Of a stretch of DNA of 64,000 bases, positions 47,818 to 61,264 are shown piece after piece; the first letter of the stretch is position 1; every line of letters starts with the position of its first letter. A program made the translations under genes and the position numbers. The notes below the pieces were generated by a model. It saw only the letters and a program-made list of their open reading frames with translations. It had not been told where the DNA came from and made no database searches. Origin of the DNA: the human T2T-CHM13v2.0 reference genome, Homo sapiens; the NCBI RefSeq assembly GCF_009914755.1, contig NC_060941.1; one strand, given 5' to 3'.

Positions 47818-48767
47818 CAATTGGAAAGTACTGCAAAGTTGCATGGCAAATGTGTACAGGGAGAAATGAAGAAGTGGGACCATTCATGTAATGGATCCCA
47901 ACACAGCAATAGGGAATATGTTTTCCTGATACGCCCTCTGTACAAAGATCCCCCTGAGAAACAAGCGAGATGGCTGCAACCATTGTAGATGACGACTAAA
48001 GGTTTGATTATGCTGAATTCTGACAAACTCTTGATCTCTTCCCCGCTTAGAGACACAAACAACAACTACTAGTCCTACAGACTAAATGGATGAATATATA
48101 ATATCAAATTACTTTTCCTCTCTGGGCTTCAGTGTCTATAATTTTATAAGGGCGTTGCCATTGACTGGATGGTTTCTTCCAGCCCAGCCACTCTATAACA
48201 CTTGCTTCTGTTAGACTTACAGACAAAGTAGCTCCATGTGAATGCACTCATTTAGGAGAGGAAGAGGAAAAGTTGAAGACAGAAATGCAAGTATGGAAAA
48301 GATGTTTCACTAACTTCACCTTTTGCTTCGTAACACTTTCCACTGCAGATCACCTGAGAAATCTGTGTTCTCCACTTCTTTGGAAAAGAAAAATATTTCC
48401 CTTTTTCTCTGTCTTCTTGTCTAAGTGCCCAAATGTCTCCTTGACCCCTCTTTCTTCCTACACAGGATCATCAGGAATGGGGGACCTTGAGGTGCACCCC
48501 ATGTATATTCATGCCTGAAGACCTGATTTTGTATACATGTGGAAGACATCTGCCTTGTGGGAAACGGCGGTATCTCCATTCCTAGTATCACTAGCATTAC
48601 TATCAATGGTGTATGGTCTTTTGGGGATTGTGTAAGCAATGGAAATTTGCACAGCCAAAGATTCCATTACTGTATAAAACTAACGACTCCACAATTACGG
48701 AAAAATAAATTAGTGGTGGCTTCCAAAGTCCTGGCATATTAAGGGAGGATGCAAACACAGGTGTGTC

Positions 48768-49385
<618 letters not shown>

Positions 49386-49499
49386 TCCCAAACACAGATG
49401 TGTTGACCCACATTTTGGAGAGAAAATCAAGCATTTTTCTGTCTGAAATTTGAAGTAATATTATATCTATTACTGCCTATGATAATATTAATCATCCCC

Positions 49500-49700
49500 A
49501 ACCCTTACTCGGCATTTTATAAAGTACTAAGCAGTTTTGCATCCATTGTCTCAGTTTTATCCTCAAACAATCCTGTGAGGAAGGTGGAGCTTGTGCTATC
49601 CTCATTCAACAGAGGGTTAAACTGACAATCAGAAGTTTAAGTGAATTTCATAAAATTTTACAAACAATAAGAGACCAAGAGCCCACACCTGTGGCCTTTT
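49500..49700 (-). mobile_element. MIR
   Basis: tcctcaaacaatcctgtgagg...cattcaacagagggttaaactga. Confidence 0.65.
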
Positions 49701-49789
49701 TCTCTTTCACCACGTTAAGTTCCCTCACCACACTCATAGGCCCCTTACTCTCCTACCTGAGGATGCCCAACTTCAAACAATGCTCACCT

Positions 49790-50430
49790 CCTGGTTGGCT
49801 GTTGCAAGAGGCTCCTAAGGGTGTCCCAGCCTTTTTTATCCACCACATCGTATATAACTATTAAGTGATCATCATAAAATGCAAATATGATCATGCCTCT
49901 CTCCTCCTTAATAATCATTAATGCTCCTTCTGTCCTCAGAAACACTATTATCTACAGAATATAGAATGGTGTGATCTGGTGTCTAATTTTCCAGGCTCAT
50001 CTCTTACAATTCGGTAGCACAAAATCTATCCTTAAAGCCCATAAAGTTGATTTTTTTTAAATCCCTGAATTAGAACTGCATGCTGCTTAATGATTCTGGG
50101 TCTCTTCATATACTCTTCTCTCCTCGTGGATCTTCTCCTCTCATCTGACACATTAATGCCTATTTATCCTTCAAGCATCAGGTCAAATATTACTGTAAAT
50201 GAAGCTTGCCCTAACTTCCATAGGAAAAGCCAATCACTGCCTTCTGTCAGTTCTCCTGCTTTCTTGTGCAAAACATTGCCCTGTAATAACTTAACGTTTG
50301 ATTGGAATTTTATATTATGAAATCCATGCTGTCAGATGTCAAGAATTTTCATCATTATTGCCTCAGTATCTATCACAGCTGTGGCATACAGGAAGTACTC
50401 AATAAATATACGTTAAATGTTTAAATGAAG
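49790..50430 (+). mobile_element. L2 3' region
   Basis: aaaatgcaaatatgatcatg...gtggcatacaggaagtactcaataaatat. Confidence 0.7.
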
Positions 50431-53172
50431 GACTCAAGGAGAACTTTATAAAAAGTACACTCCTTTCATTTCTTCCTGTTTGCTTATCTCTATTGGCCAG
50501 TACTCATTCTTCCTAAAAGCAACTTACTATGTGGGGTCATTAACACTCTGTGGTGTTTTTCCATGGCAGATAAAGAGTTGAAGGCAGTCTAAGCAGGGAC
50601 TCTGTGAGGCAGACACAATCCCACCTGATTCCTTTCCCTGGGTCAGGGGTCAGGAGTTGCATTGCATGTATTTCAGGGTCTTTGAGACTAAAAACCCGTA
50701 AGACAGCTGTTGTCCACAGCCTCCTCAGAGAAACCCTGGACTGGCATTGACCCAAAACAACCCAAATCTCAGGGGCTTAGGCTGAAACAATCTGTGATGG
50801 GAATGTAATACTCCATATAGTTTTCAGTTAGTTCTGGTTTCCATTTATCTTTCTTTCTTGGCAGGTAGGGCAAGGGTGAGAGGAAAATGGGGCAGGTGGG
50901 GAGTGGAACTTGATTGAATTACCTGCCAGGCCTTCAGAAACCCACACAAAAGAAACTCACAACTCAACTTGGCATCTCTTTAGGAACCATTCCTTGAAGG
51001 CTGCTGACGGAGATGCTAGTGCTTAGGAAAGCATTAGGCTGCCCTCAGATAATTCGTGTGGCAGGATCAGTGTAAGAACATATCGTTCTTGGCAAAGGTG
51101 AAAAGAGCCTGCTGAGTTGGAGAAACAGATCGGAGACTTTCCCCAGCCTACCCTCTGCCTGTTGGCATTATTTACATCCTCACTTCCCTCGTCACAGGAC
51201 AACTATGCCAAGGTTGTCTATCCTCAGAAGGTTTGGGTTCACAATTGCCATGCAATATTTATTCCTTTCCTTTCTTTACCATTGAACTTCTTATCTCGAC
51301 CACTGAGAATTTGTTACCATCACTTCTACTTCATCTGATATTTATGAGCACAGTTTCTACATCATTTAGTAGCTGAGGCCTTTCTCTACCGCATGAAATA
51401 TACAGATATCACTTACAAAAGAACATTTCATAGTTATTTCAATATGGTTACGGCTTTAAAATAGGTCAGTCTGTTTCCTCTGTCTTGTAGAACATTGTAG
51501 CATTTATTATTTCTAAAATTCATCTGACATTTATTTCTTGAACAGTACATTCACTGCCCATTAATTTGTATTAAGCAACTGATTGAGACCAGGGGTGGCA
51601 CTCCTCAAACATAATTGTGTCATCTAATGTACTGCACAGATCTACACGTCTCAGACATCTTGCTGATGTGAATTTTTTGAGTCAAGAACTGGGCTAACTC
51701 AGCTTCGTATCACTGTGTATATCTCAGTACTGAGAATATAGAAGACCCACAGGTTTTCTAAAAAATTTAAGCCTAATTTCCCCTAAACTTTCACATTGCG
51801 GATAAAGATGGGATCATAGCATCATCAGTGATTAATCCAACTAACAGTGCCAATTCTTGGGCTCATCTTTAGAATCAAGACCTCCAGTGCTCAGCACTGT
51901 AATGTCCTCTATGTTTTTTCTGAGAGTTTCCAGGAAGCGTCACATAAGATCTGAAAAAGTGCTATTTCTACGACTCTGACGGGCCCCGTGGTCCCCACCA
52001 GAATACTGTCGATGGTCTGTCTTCTGTCGCCTGGTGTTTCCTCACTCTCCTTCGGTGGTTCCACCAGGTACCACAGACCCTCCTTGCACCCCCATGCCCA
52101 CCAAGTGCCAATGCTACCCCCAGTCCCAGGCTGTGTATAGTCTCTGTGGGCTCTGAGAGACCATGAGGCAGAGGATGCTACTGCATTTAATGAAGCAGCT
52201 CTTTTTCCCTTCAACAAACCGTATGACTGGAGCGCCCCAGAATTTGAGGTTAACATCTACTACATTGTTCCTGGAAATATCATTTTACTGTAAAGATCAT
52301 GGTTTGCTATTTTGTCGATCAGTTTTCTGAAACAGGCCCAGACACATCTGAATCCCCGAATGAGTCCAACTTGAGGCTCAAATCCATAGTATATTTTTTC
52401 ATTTCTTATTATAAAAGTCATACATATTTACTGTAGAAGAATATAAAAGAAAATAACAATCACTTGTGATCTCACAGCCCAGACTAAACATTTTGACATA
52501 TATTATTTAATCCCTCTTGCCATTTGTTTGAAATAAACTGGAGGAAATAGTATTGATCAAAATTTCTCTTGTATTCATTGAGAGATTTACTTTGAGGCTG
52601 AGACCCCAATAAGATGCTTAGTAGCAAAAGTTGGTTTCTGGAATTGCTCTGAAAAGTAATGAAATATGGAATTAGAGCTCCCCTGGAGAAAAAAAAACTG
52701 AGAAGGAAAGTGCATTTGGAAACTATGATGGCATGGCAGAGAAGGAACTGGGGCAAAATGAAAAGTTGGATGTAGGTTTTTGAGCCATACATTGTGCACA
52801 GCAGACTGCAGTCTTTATTACCCTGACCTTAACATGAGACAGAAAACCAACTGAGATATAGAATCCAACAGAATGCCACTGAAATGCAAATAAGAATTTT
52901 AAATAAGCCAGAAAAAAAGAATACCAAAAAAACTCAAAATAAAATCGAGGAAGAGATAGATCAGTTGAATAATTCCATCTAATTATAAAGCAACCTTGGT
53001 TGCTGAAGGATGGTGGAAGAGAGGAAGGGGGCAAGGAGAAGACTCCCTAAAGTCAGAAAGAAGAATGATGTATCTTGGATGTGTCTTGATCCCAAGAACA
53101 TGCTTTTCTCTGAGCAGTAGAGGGCTGTGAGACCCCCACTACTTGGAGAAAATGAATATTCAAAAATGTTTA

Positions 53173-53510
<338 letters not shown>

Positions 53511-53604
53511 CTACCAGATTTCACATCCTGACTTAAATTTTCTGACCTGTATGAGCCTCCACCCATTAAGATGGTAACCCCAACTCACTATCATGTTGTT
53601 TCTT

Positions 53605-53940
<336 letters not shown>

Positions 53941-54489
53941 CATGTTGTTTCTTTAGTGGGTATATCTTAATACCCTAGAAAGGACAGGGAAGGAATAAAT
54001 CACTTTTATGATATGAGTTTAATTAAATTTAGGAATAATCTGTGAACCTGTAATTTGTAAAGTACTTCTGATGATTAAGAGCAATTGGCATGCTGACTAA
54101 TATGACAGATTAGTCTTGTGATCCCAATTTAAACTTTATAACTGTAATTTATTTTAGTCACATTGATTGAAATACGTAAAAACTTTGCTAACTTTGTACA
54201 TAATACTAAAACATTTAAGAAAAGTTAAGGTTTTCTACAGTTATGTTGAATTTATTAGGTCTATTATGTTGGAGAAGCTTTGTTTGTTAGTGACAATTAG
54301 AAAATTGAGCATGTTAAATCTATAAATGCATTTAAAAATATTTAATAGAATTTAACTATGTTCATTGAATAATCAAATACTTCTTTCAACATACTTATCA
54401 AAATTTACCAGATTTTTATGAATAGAATAATACAATTTTTAAATATCTATGATGTTCAAAGAAAAAGCTGATATTTAAGTCTGTCACTA

Positions 54490-54870
54490 TCACTTATTAA
54501 TTTATTCAAAAAATGTTAGTGAGGGTCTTCAATAACTATTCTGTGTGCTGGAGACAGGGCAGTGACCAAAGTACTTGCTCTCAAATGACTTACATTCTCC
54601 TGGAATGACAGACATAAACAAATAAAAAGTGTAATCTGTAGCATGGCAGAAGATGAAAAGTTCAATAAAGAAAGCTAATTCAAGGCAAGGGGGATGGGGC
54701 TTGCTGGACAGATAAGCTGGGGTAAAGGTGTGGTCTGTTGTTTTTATATAAAGGGGTGAGAGATGGCCCCACTGACTGGGTGGCATTTGAAGAGAAACTC
54801 CAGGAATTGAGGAAGGGAATTGACAGAATTTACAGGTATCCAGTGGAAAAGCTTTTCAAGGCAAGGCACC
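54490..54870 (-). mobile_element. L2 3' region
   Basis: ttaatttattcaaaaaatgttagtgag...gtgctggagacagggcagtgaccaaa...tgacttacattct. Confidence 0.7.
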
Positions 54871-55203
54871 CCAAGGGGACAGCAGGGGCTCCAGGAAGGG
54901 AGTCCCTTCACAGAAAGCCACACTGATTACATCCTTAGAGCACAAGCACATGGCATACCCCAGAGAGGGCAGAGCCAGACTACAGCCTTCCAGTGACTCA
55001 TCTTGTCCTGGCTTCCTAAACGCACACTCTCCAGAGACTTTGACCCTTTCAACTCCCTCCAGCATTTTTTTTCTGAAAAATCTAGATTGCACTTGTGCCT
55101 TTCACCCTTCTAAAAACAGATTCTACATTATTGTCACCTTATTATTATTACATGTGTAAGCTTACCTTTCCTAAAGAGTTATAAGAAACTTGTAAGAGAA
55201 TCA

Positions 55204-55516
<313 letters not shown>

Positions 55517-55725
55517 GAATCAGGTCTTCACTCGCTAAATGTATGGGATGGGATAGAATTAGCTCTTCAGCAGTAACATTTGCTATAGGATAATGGCTGA
55601 CACTGATGGAGGACATGTGAGCCCCAAAACTGGAGCTTAGTACAGGAGGGTTCTTGGCTTTGCCAAGGGAAAGAATTCCAGGGCAAGCAGGTGGTTTTAG
55701 ACAGCAATCTTTGATTGAATTGTAC

Positions 55726-56354
55726 CGTTACCAGAAAAAGGTCCCAATCCAGACCCCAAGAATAGGTTCTCAGGTCTCATGCAAGAAAGAATTTGGGGTG
55801 AGTACATAGAGTAAAATGAAAGTAAGTTTATTAAGAAAGTAAAGGAATAAAGAATGGCTACAATAGGCAGAGCAGCAGCATGGACTGCTCAGCTGCTTAT
55901 ACTTATTGTTACTTCTTGATTATATGCTAAACAAGGGGTGGATTATTCTTAAGTTTTCTGGGAAAGGGGTAGGCAATTCCTGGAACTGAGAGATTTTCGC
56001 CTTTTTAGACCACATACGGTAACTTCGAGACATTGCCATGGCATCTATAAACTGTCATGGCACTGATGGGAGTGTCTTTTGGCATGCTAATGTATTATAA
56101 TTAGCATATGAGCAGTGAGAATGACCAGATGTCATTTTGTCGCCATCTTGGTTTTGGTGGGATTTGGCCAGCTTCTTTACTGCATGCTGTTTTATCAGCA
56201 AGGTGTTCATGACCTGTATCTTGTGCTGACATCCTATCTCATCTTGTGACTAAGAATGCCTTAACCTCCTGGGAATGCAGTCCAGTAGGTCTCAGCCTTA
56301 TTTTACCCAGCCCCTATTCAAGATGGAGTCACTCTTGTTCAAACGCCTCTGACA
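55726..56354 (-). mobile_element. MER41B ERV1 solo LTR
   Basis: Minus strand starts tgtcagaggcgtttgaacaagagtgactccatcttgaataggggctgggtaaaataaggctgagacc; ~630 bp; 4-bp TSD g(t/c)ac. Confidence 0.9.
55956..55985. promoter_or_regulatory. Tandem GAS (STAT) motifs in MER41B
   Basis: TTCTGGGAA 55956-55964 and TTCCTGGAA 55977-55985, both fitting TTCN3GAA. Confidence 0.7.
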
Positions 56355-56969
56355 GCACTGCTCCTTGTGAAGCAGGACTAACTCCATAGGCAGTACATCT
56401 ACAGTCAGCAGTCCATGGGCTCTTGGCAACTCTATACCTTCTTATACCCACTTTCATTTACATGCAAATGAAGGGGTGTATTAATGCAAATTGAGAGGTG
56501 GATTATTTCAAACGTTCTAGGAAAAGAATGGTAACTTCCAGGTCATTGCCATGGTAAAGAGTGGTAACTTCCGGTCATTGCCATGGCATTTGTAAACGGT
56601 CAGGGTACTGGTGGGAATGTCTAATATTAATGAGCAATGAGGGTGGCTAGGGATCACTTTTGTGTCTGCCTATCCGTTCCCACCCATTTCTTCACTTTAT
56701 CCTGTTTAGACTAGATCCTGTTTTGGTCAGCAGGGTTGACCAGAAAACAAGTCCTGCTGGTCTCCTACCTCAATGCTACTGCAGTTGTACCACAAGACTT
56801 GGAATTTATTCTAAGGCAATCAGAAAAATACATTCATCATTTTATCCAGCAAACACTAATACTTGCTTTGAGCTAAGGATGACTGTAGGCTTTGAAAGTT
56901 GGTTTATCAACAGCATCTTTAAAGGCGAGGTCACTTTGCTATGTAAATAAAAGCTAAACAGAGCTTTTT

Positions 56970-57560
56970 AAAATTAATTATTTTTAACCGACAAAGATTG
57001 TATATATTAATTATGTACAACATGATGTTTTGAAACACGTATTCATTGTGGAACGGCTGCATTGATCTAATTCACACATGCACTAATTCACATATTTTTG
57101 TGGTGAGAACACTGAAAATCTGCTCACTTAGTGATTTTCAAATATATAAGTCATCAACTATAGTCACTATGTTGTGCAATACATCTCTTGAGCTTATTCC
57201 TGTTGCCTAACTGAAATTTTGTATCCTTTGACCAATATCTCCCCAACCCCCTCAGTTACTCACCCTCAAGCCCCGGTAGCCACCATTCTATTCTCTGCTT
57301 CTATAAGTTTGACTTCCTTAGATTCAACATACAAGTGAGATTATGCAGTATTTATCTCTCTGTGTCTGGCTTATTGCACTAAATATGATGCCCTCCATGT
57401 TCATCCATGTTATCACAAATGACAAGATTTCCTTCCTTTTACAGGCTGAATAGTATTCCATTGTGCATTTATACCACATTTTCTTCATCCAGTCATTCGT
57501 TGATGGATGCTTAGCTTGATTGTATACCATGGCTGCTGTGAAAAATGCTGGAATGAAATT
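56970..57560 (-). mobile_element. L1MA (L1MA6-9-like) 3' end
   Basis: gtacaacatgatgttttgaaa...tttgtggtgagaacactgaaaatc; minus ORF remnant KEILSFVITWMNMEGII. Confidence 0.88.
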
Positions 57561-58938
57561 TTTTTAAAGAAAGATTTTCTGCATGAATGTTCTTTATAAA
57601 ACATTCACTAAAACTCATCTTTCTCAACTCCTGATGCCGTTCATTTTTCTCAACATTGGCAGCCGTCTGCACCAATGAATGTGTTTGGGGAAAGGACTGT
57701 GAGTTACTCTTACCCTTTTAGGAGTCAGCCATGTGAGGACAGCTCTAAAAACTATTTGTTGCTAGTAAATATTATTTCCTGAACAACAACAACAACAAAA
57801 AATCCCTTTTATATTTACTGCCCACTATAGTTTAATGACCTGAACAGTAGATTATAAGTAGTGATTCCGGCAGTCTCTATTCTTACGCTTTTGCCTCAAA
57901 CTCCCAAACCCTCATTGGCAATGGAGCTTGCTCAAATTGCCCTGACCATTTTTCTTTTTAATTAGAGCTTTCAAAGAATGAAATAAATTGTTTTCTAAAG
58001 AGGATAATAGGAGGGACAGGAAAGTAAGAAAGACACGTTGCTGCATTAGAAAGTAGAACAAATGTCAATGCTCTCTGACCAGCATTTCCATTTGCTGCAT
58101 GGACTATAAAATCTTTTAACAGCAGCGGGAAGTGAGTTCAGAATGACTAACCTTTCACCGTGTGTCACTAACGAGGGAGGTTATAGCAGATTCCATTCCC
58201 ATTAAATGATATTATAGTGACATTCCATGGTCATTAACTAAATGTGCTAAATGTTGTTTTCCAAGACTGAGTTTGAAGGTACAGGAGAGAAGGTATCTTC
58301 TCTGGAGATAATTAAATGATATCCAATGATGTAAACTTGCCTGCCATTTGACCAATGGATACTTGTCAAGTAAACTGAGATCAGGAAATGTTCTCTAGAT
58401 GAAAAATATGTCCAAAGAACCCCACTCTCTAATCCCCCTTGTTTTTAACTGGCCTGGGTTTTTTTTTTTTTTCTGACTTGAATTGTAGTATAAAGACTTG
58501 CCATTAATTTCCATGTATATATTCTGGTTAAACAGATCAGAGTAGCAAATAATTAGTGACTCATTATATCCAAATATGTACATTATGCCAGAATATTTTT
58601 GTAAACAAATGTCCCCTTTTACAGATTTAGCATTTTTAAAGTTATTCTTCATAATATTAATATCACCTTTTTTAGATGGGGAGAGGTGAGATTCTGTGAA
58701 GTAGAATAGCTGATGAATCTGATTACGTGTCTTTTGTACTTTTTCCCAATTCCAATCCAACTATAAATGACTTTGCTTGAGTGTAGAGTTGTTAGAACAA
58801 AGTCAAGGGGCTCCCAGGGAGTGTTTGCAGAGTGAGGGCTTCTGTCTTTCCGTCCATGGGTTGGCACAGGGCTTGCTATGTATAAATAAAGCAGCACAAG
58901 ACAGTGACCCCTCTAGGCCCCTTAAGAGTCAGGAGCCT

Positions 58939-59246
58939 GGCCGCGTGTGGTAACTCATGCCTGTAATCCCAGCATTTTGGGAGGCCGAAGTTGGCAGATA
59001 TTTGAGGTCAGGAGTTCAAGACCAGTCTGACAAACATGGTGAAACCCTATCTCTACTGAAAAATACAAAAAATTAGCTGGGTGTGGTGGCAATGCCTGTA
59101 ATCTCAGCTACTCAGGAGGCTGAAGCAGGAGAATCACTTGAACCCAGAAGGTGGAAGTTGCAAGTGAGCCGAGATTGCGCCATTGCACTCCAGTCTGGGC
59201 GACAGAGCGAGACTCTGACTCAAAAAAATAAACAGGAAAAAAAAAA
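58939..59246 (+). mobile_element. AluS element
   Basis: Full dimer; TSD aagagtca(g/a)gag. Confidence 0.94.
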
Positions 59247-59326
59247 GAGTCAAGAGACTGCCAGAGGGGAAGAATTTAAGCATCAATTTTGCTGGAAATA
59301 GCTTCACCTAAGAAGATCCATATACT

Positions 59327-59778
59327 CTATTAGTGAGTTGAATGGTGCTCCCTCCAAAAGATATGTCAATGTCCAAATTCCTGGAACCTGTAGATGTTAC
59401 CTTACTTGGAAAAACGTTTGTAGATATGATTAAGTTAAGGATCTTGAGATAAGAACATGCTGGATTACCCACGTGGCCCCTAAACTCGCAGACAAGGAGA
59501 GACAGAAGAGAAGACACAGACACACAGAGCAGAAGGCAATGTGAAGACAGCGGTAGAGACTGGAGTGATGAGGCCACAAGTCATGGAAGCCGAGGAATAC
59601 CAACAGCCATGAAAAGCTGGAAGAGACAAAGGAGGATTTTCTCCTAGAATCCAAAGGATGTATGACCCTGCTGACACCTTCATTTCAGATATCTGGCCTC
59701 TTCTGGAGAATGAGTTTTTATTTTATTAAGCCACCCAGTTTGTGGGAATTGGTTATTGCAGCCCTGGAAACCGATACA
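59327..59778 (+). mobile_element. MLT1C/D MaLR solo LTR
   Basis: gttgaatggtgctcctccaaaagatatgtc...aagccacccagtttgtggg...ggaaaccgataca. Confidence 0.85.
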
Positions 59779-60072
59779 TATCCCAAAGCAAAGGGCAGCG
59801 CAAGAGACCCGTGGCCACAAAGGAGCTGCAAAGATCTGAAACGTCAAGCAGTTAAGCTTCCCCCTTAAATCCAAGGCCCTGCAGCTAAGGAAACCAGGGG
59901 AGCAGGCAAGGTTTTCCTGGGGCCCCCGCGAGGACCAGAAACTTACAGCTGGTACATTACCAGCTAAATGGAGAAGAGACTTAAATACCCTCTACTATGC
60001 TCTGGGCCCCCAAACTCCACCTCAAAGTACTTGGGGAACTGTGCCCCAAGAGGAAATACAGTGATGTATGGA

Positions 60073-60470
60073 TGTCTTCAGTTGAGTTCTCTGGAAACAG
60101 ACTCTGAGATGGACAATTGTATTCTGAAGATTTACTGAAGAGAGCTCTTGAGAAACACATTTATGTAAAAGAAAGGAAGCCAGGAAAGGGAAGAGGGAAA
60201 ATCTCATCTTCAATGTGGTTTCAACTGGCCACATCCTATGGAAGCCCAAACTTGGGCTGACCCTTCAGAGTTGTCCCAGATTGAGGCAAGAGGATCAGAT
60301 CTTCCTTATACCAGCGAATTCTTGGCTTTGGGCTTCCCATAATTTTGATCAAAGCAATTCTTTGTTGCTGCATGTAACTCCAGCTGAGGGATATGGCTGG
60401 AAGCCGGCAGCAGCCAAAAGGTGCACATGATGGCCCTAAAGAGAGGATCTGGGTAAAGCATGCAGCATCC
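60073..60470 (-). mobile_element. Old ERVL LTR (LTR33/LTR16-like)
   Basis: tgtcttcagttgagttctctggaaacagactctgagatgg. Confidence 0.5.
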
Positions 60471-60599
60471 GGTGAAACAGACAACAGGAAGTGATAGCGC
60501 AGGTAAGAAGGCTCGGTAGCCTTAGAGGGGAAGAGCTGCCAGAGCTCTCAACACAGGGCACTGGGATAGAATAGGACAGTTGGGGCAGGAGCTGGCAAC

Positions 60600-61260
60600 T
60601 TTAACATAAACATAATGACAAAGTCATTTAAAATGTACAAAATAAAAATAGAAAGACTTTGTACGGCTTAAACCTGGTTTTCAGATTTTAAATTCTGTAG
60701 ATGAATTGAAGGAGAGTGCGTGTGACCCAAAGATCAAATGAAAGAAATGGCTTAAAACATGAAGCAAATATGGAGGAAAAAGAATCCAAACACAGAAATG
60801 TTGAGCAAAAAATTAAAGTCTTGGAGAGTAGACCTGACAGGCCTCGTCTGAATGCCAGATGTTTTTGAAAAAGAAATGTATAGATAGAGACAAAGCAATA
60901 ACTAAACAAATAATGTAAGAAAAGTTATCTGAGCATGAAGAGCTTAATCTGCACATAAAGGCCTCATTAGGCTTTACATATAATTAGTTTTAATTAAAAA
61001 ATAAAACCATACATCCAAGACATAGCCTTATAATATCTCTGAATTCCAGATAAAAGAAATAATTCTCAAGCTTCTAGACCAAAAGAGAAAGAATCAGAGG
61101 GCATTGAAGTTCTTGCTTACAGCACTGGAACTTGGAAATTAGTATAAGGACCTGTACATGCTGAAAAAAAAAAAGTTGCAATTTTAAAATGCTATACCCA
61201 GACAGGCATTGTTCTCCAGGGGGAGGGGATCACTTGTAGAAATGAAAAGATGTATGTCAC
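60600..61260 (+). mobile_element. HAL1/L1ME ORF1-like remnant
   Basis: A-rich; catccaagacatagcc...aattctcaagcttctaga...agaatcaga...cagcactggaa resembles the ORF1 C-terminal region. Confidence 0.55.
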
Positions 61261-61264
61261 CCAC

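Larger units (their letters stand above)
55598..56772 (-). mobile_element. ERV1 solo LTR of the MER41/MER66 group, split by MER41B
   Basis: Minus strand starts tgaggtaggagaccagcaggacttgttttctgg; TG..CA ends; halves collinear around the insertion. Confidence 0.75.

Noticed and set aside
51909-52256. 115-aa ORF in a mildly CpG-richer unique segment
   Set aside because: No recognisable domain and no convincing splice-site pair; too short and CpG-poor for a CpG island.
58395-58760. 121-aa minus-strand ORF in unique sequence
   Set aside because: No ATG start, AT-rich composition, runs through a homopolymer, and resembles no protein I recognise.
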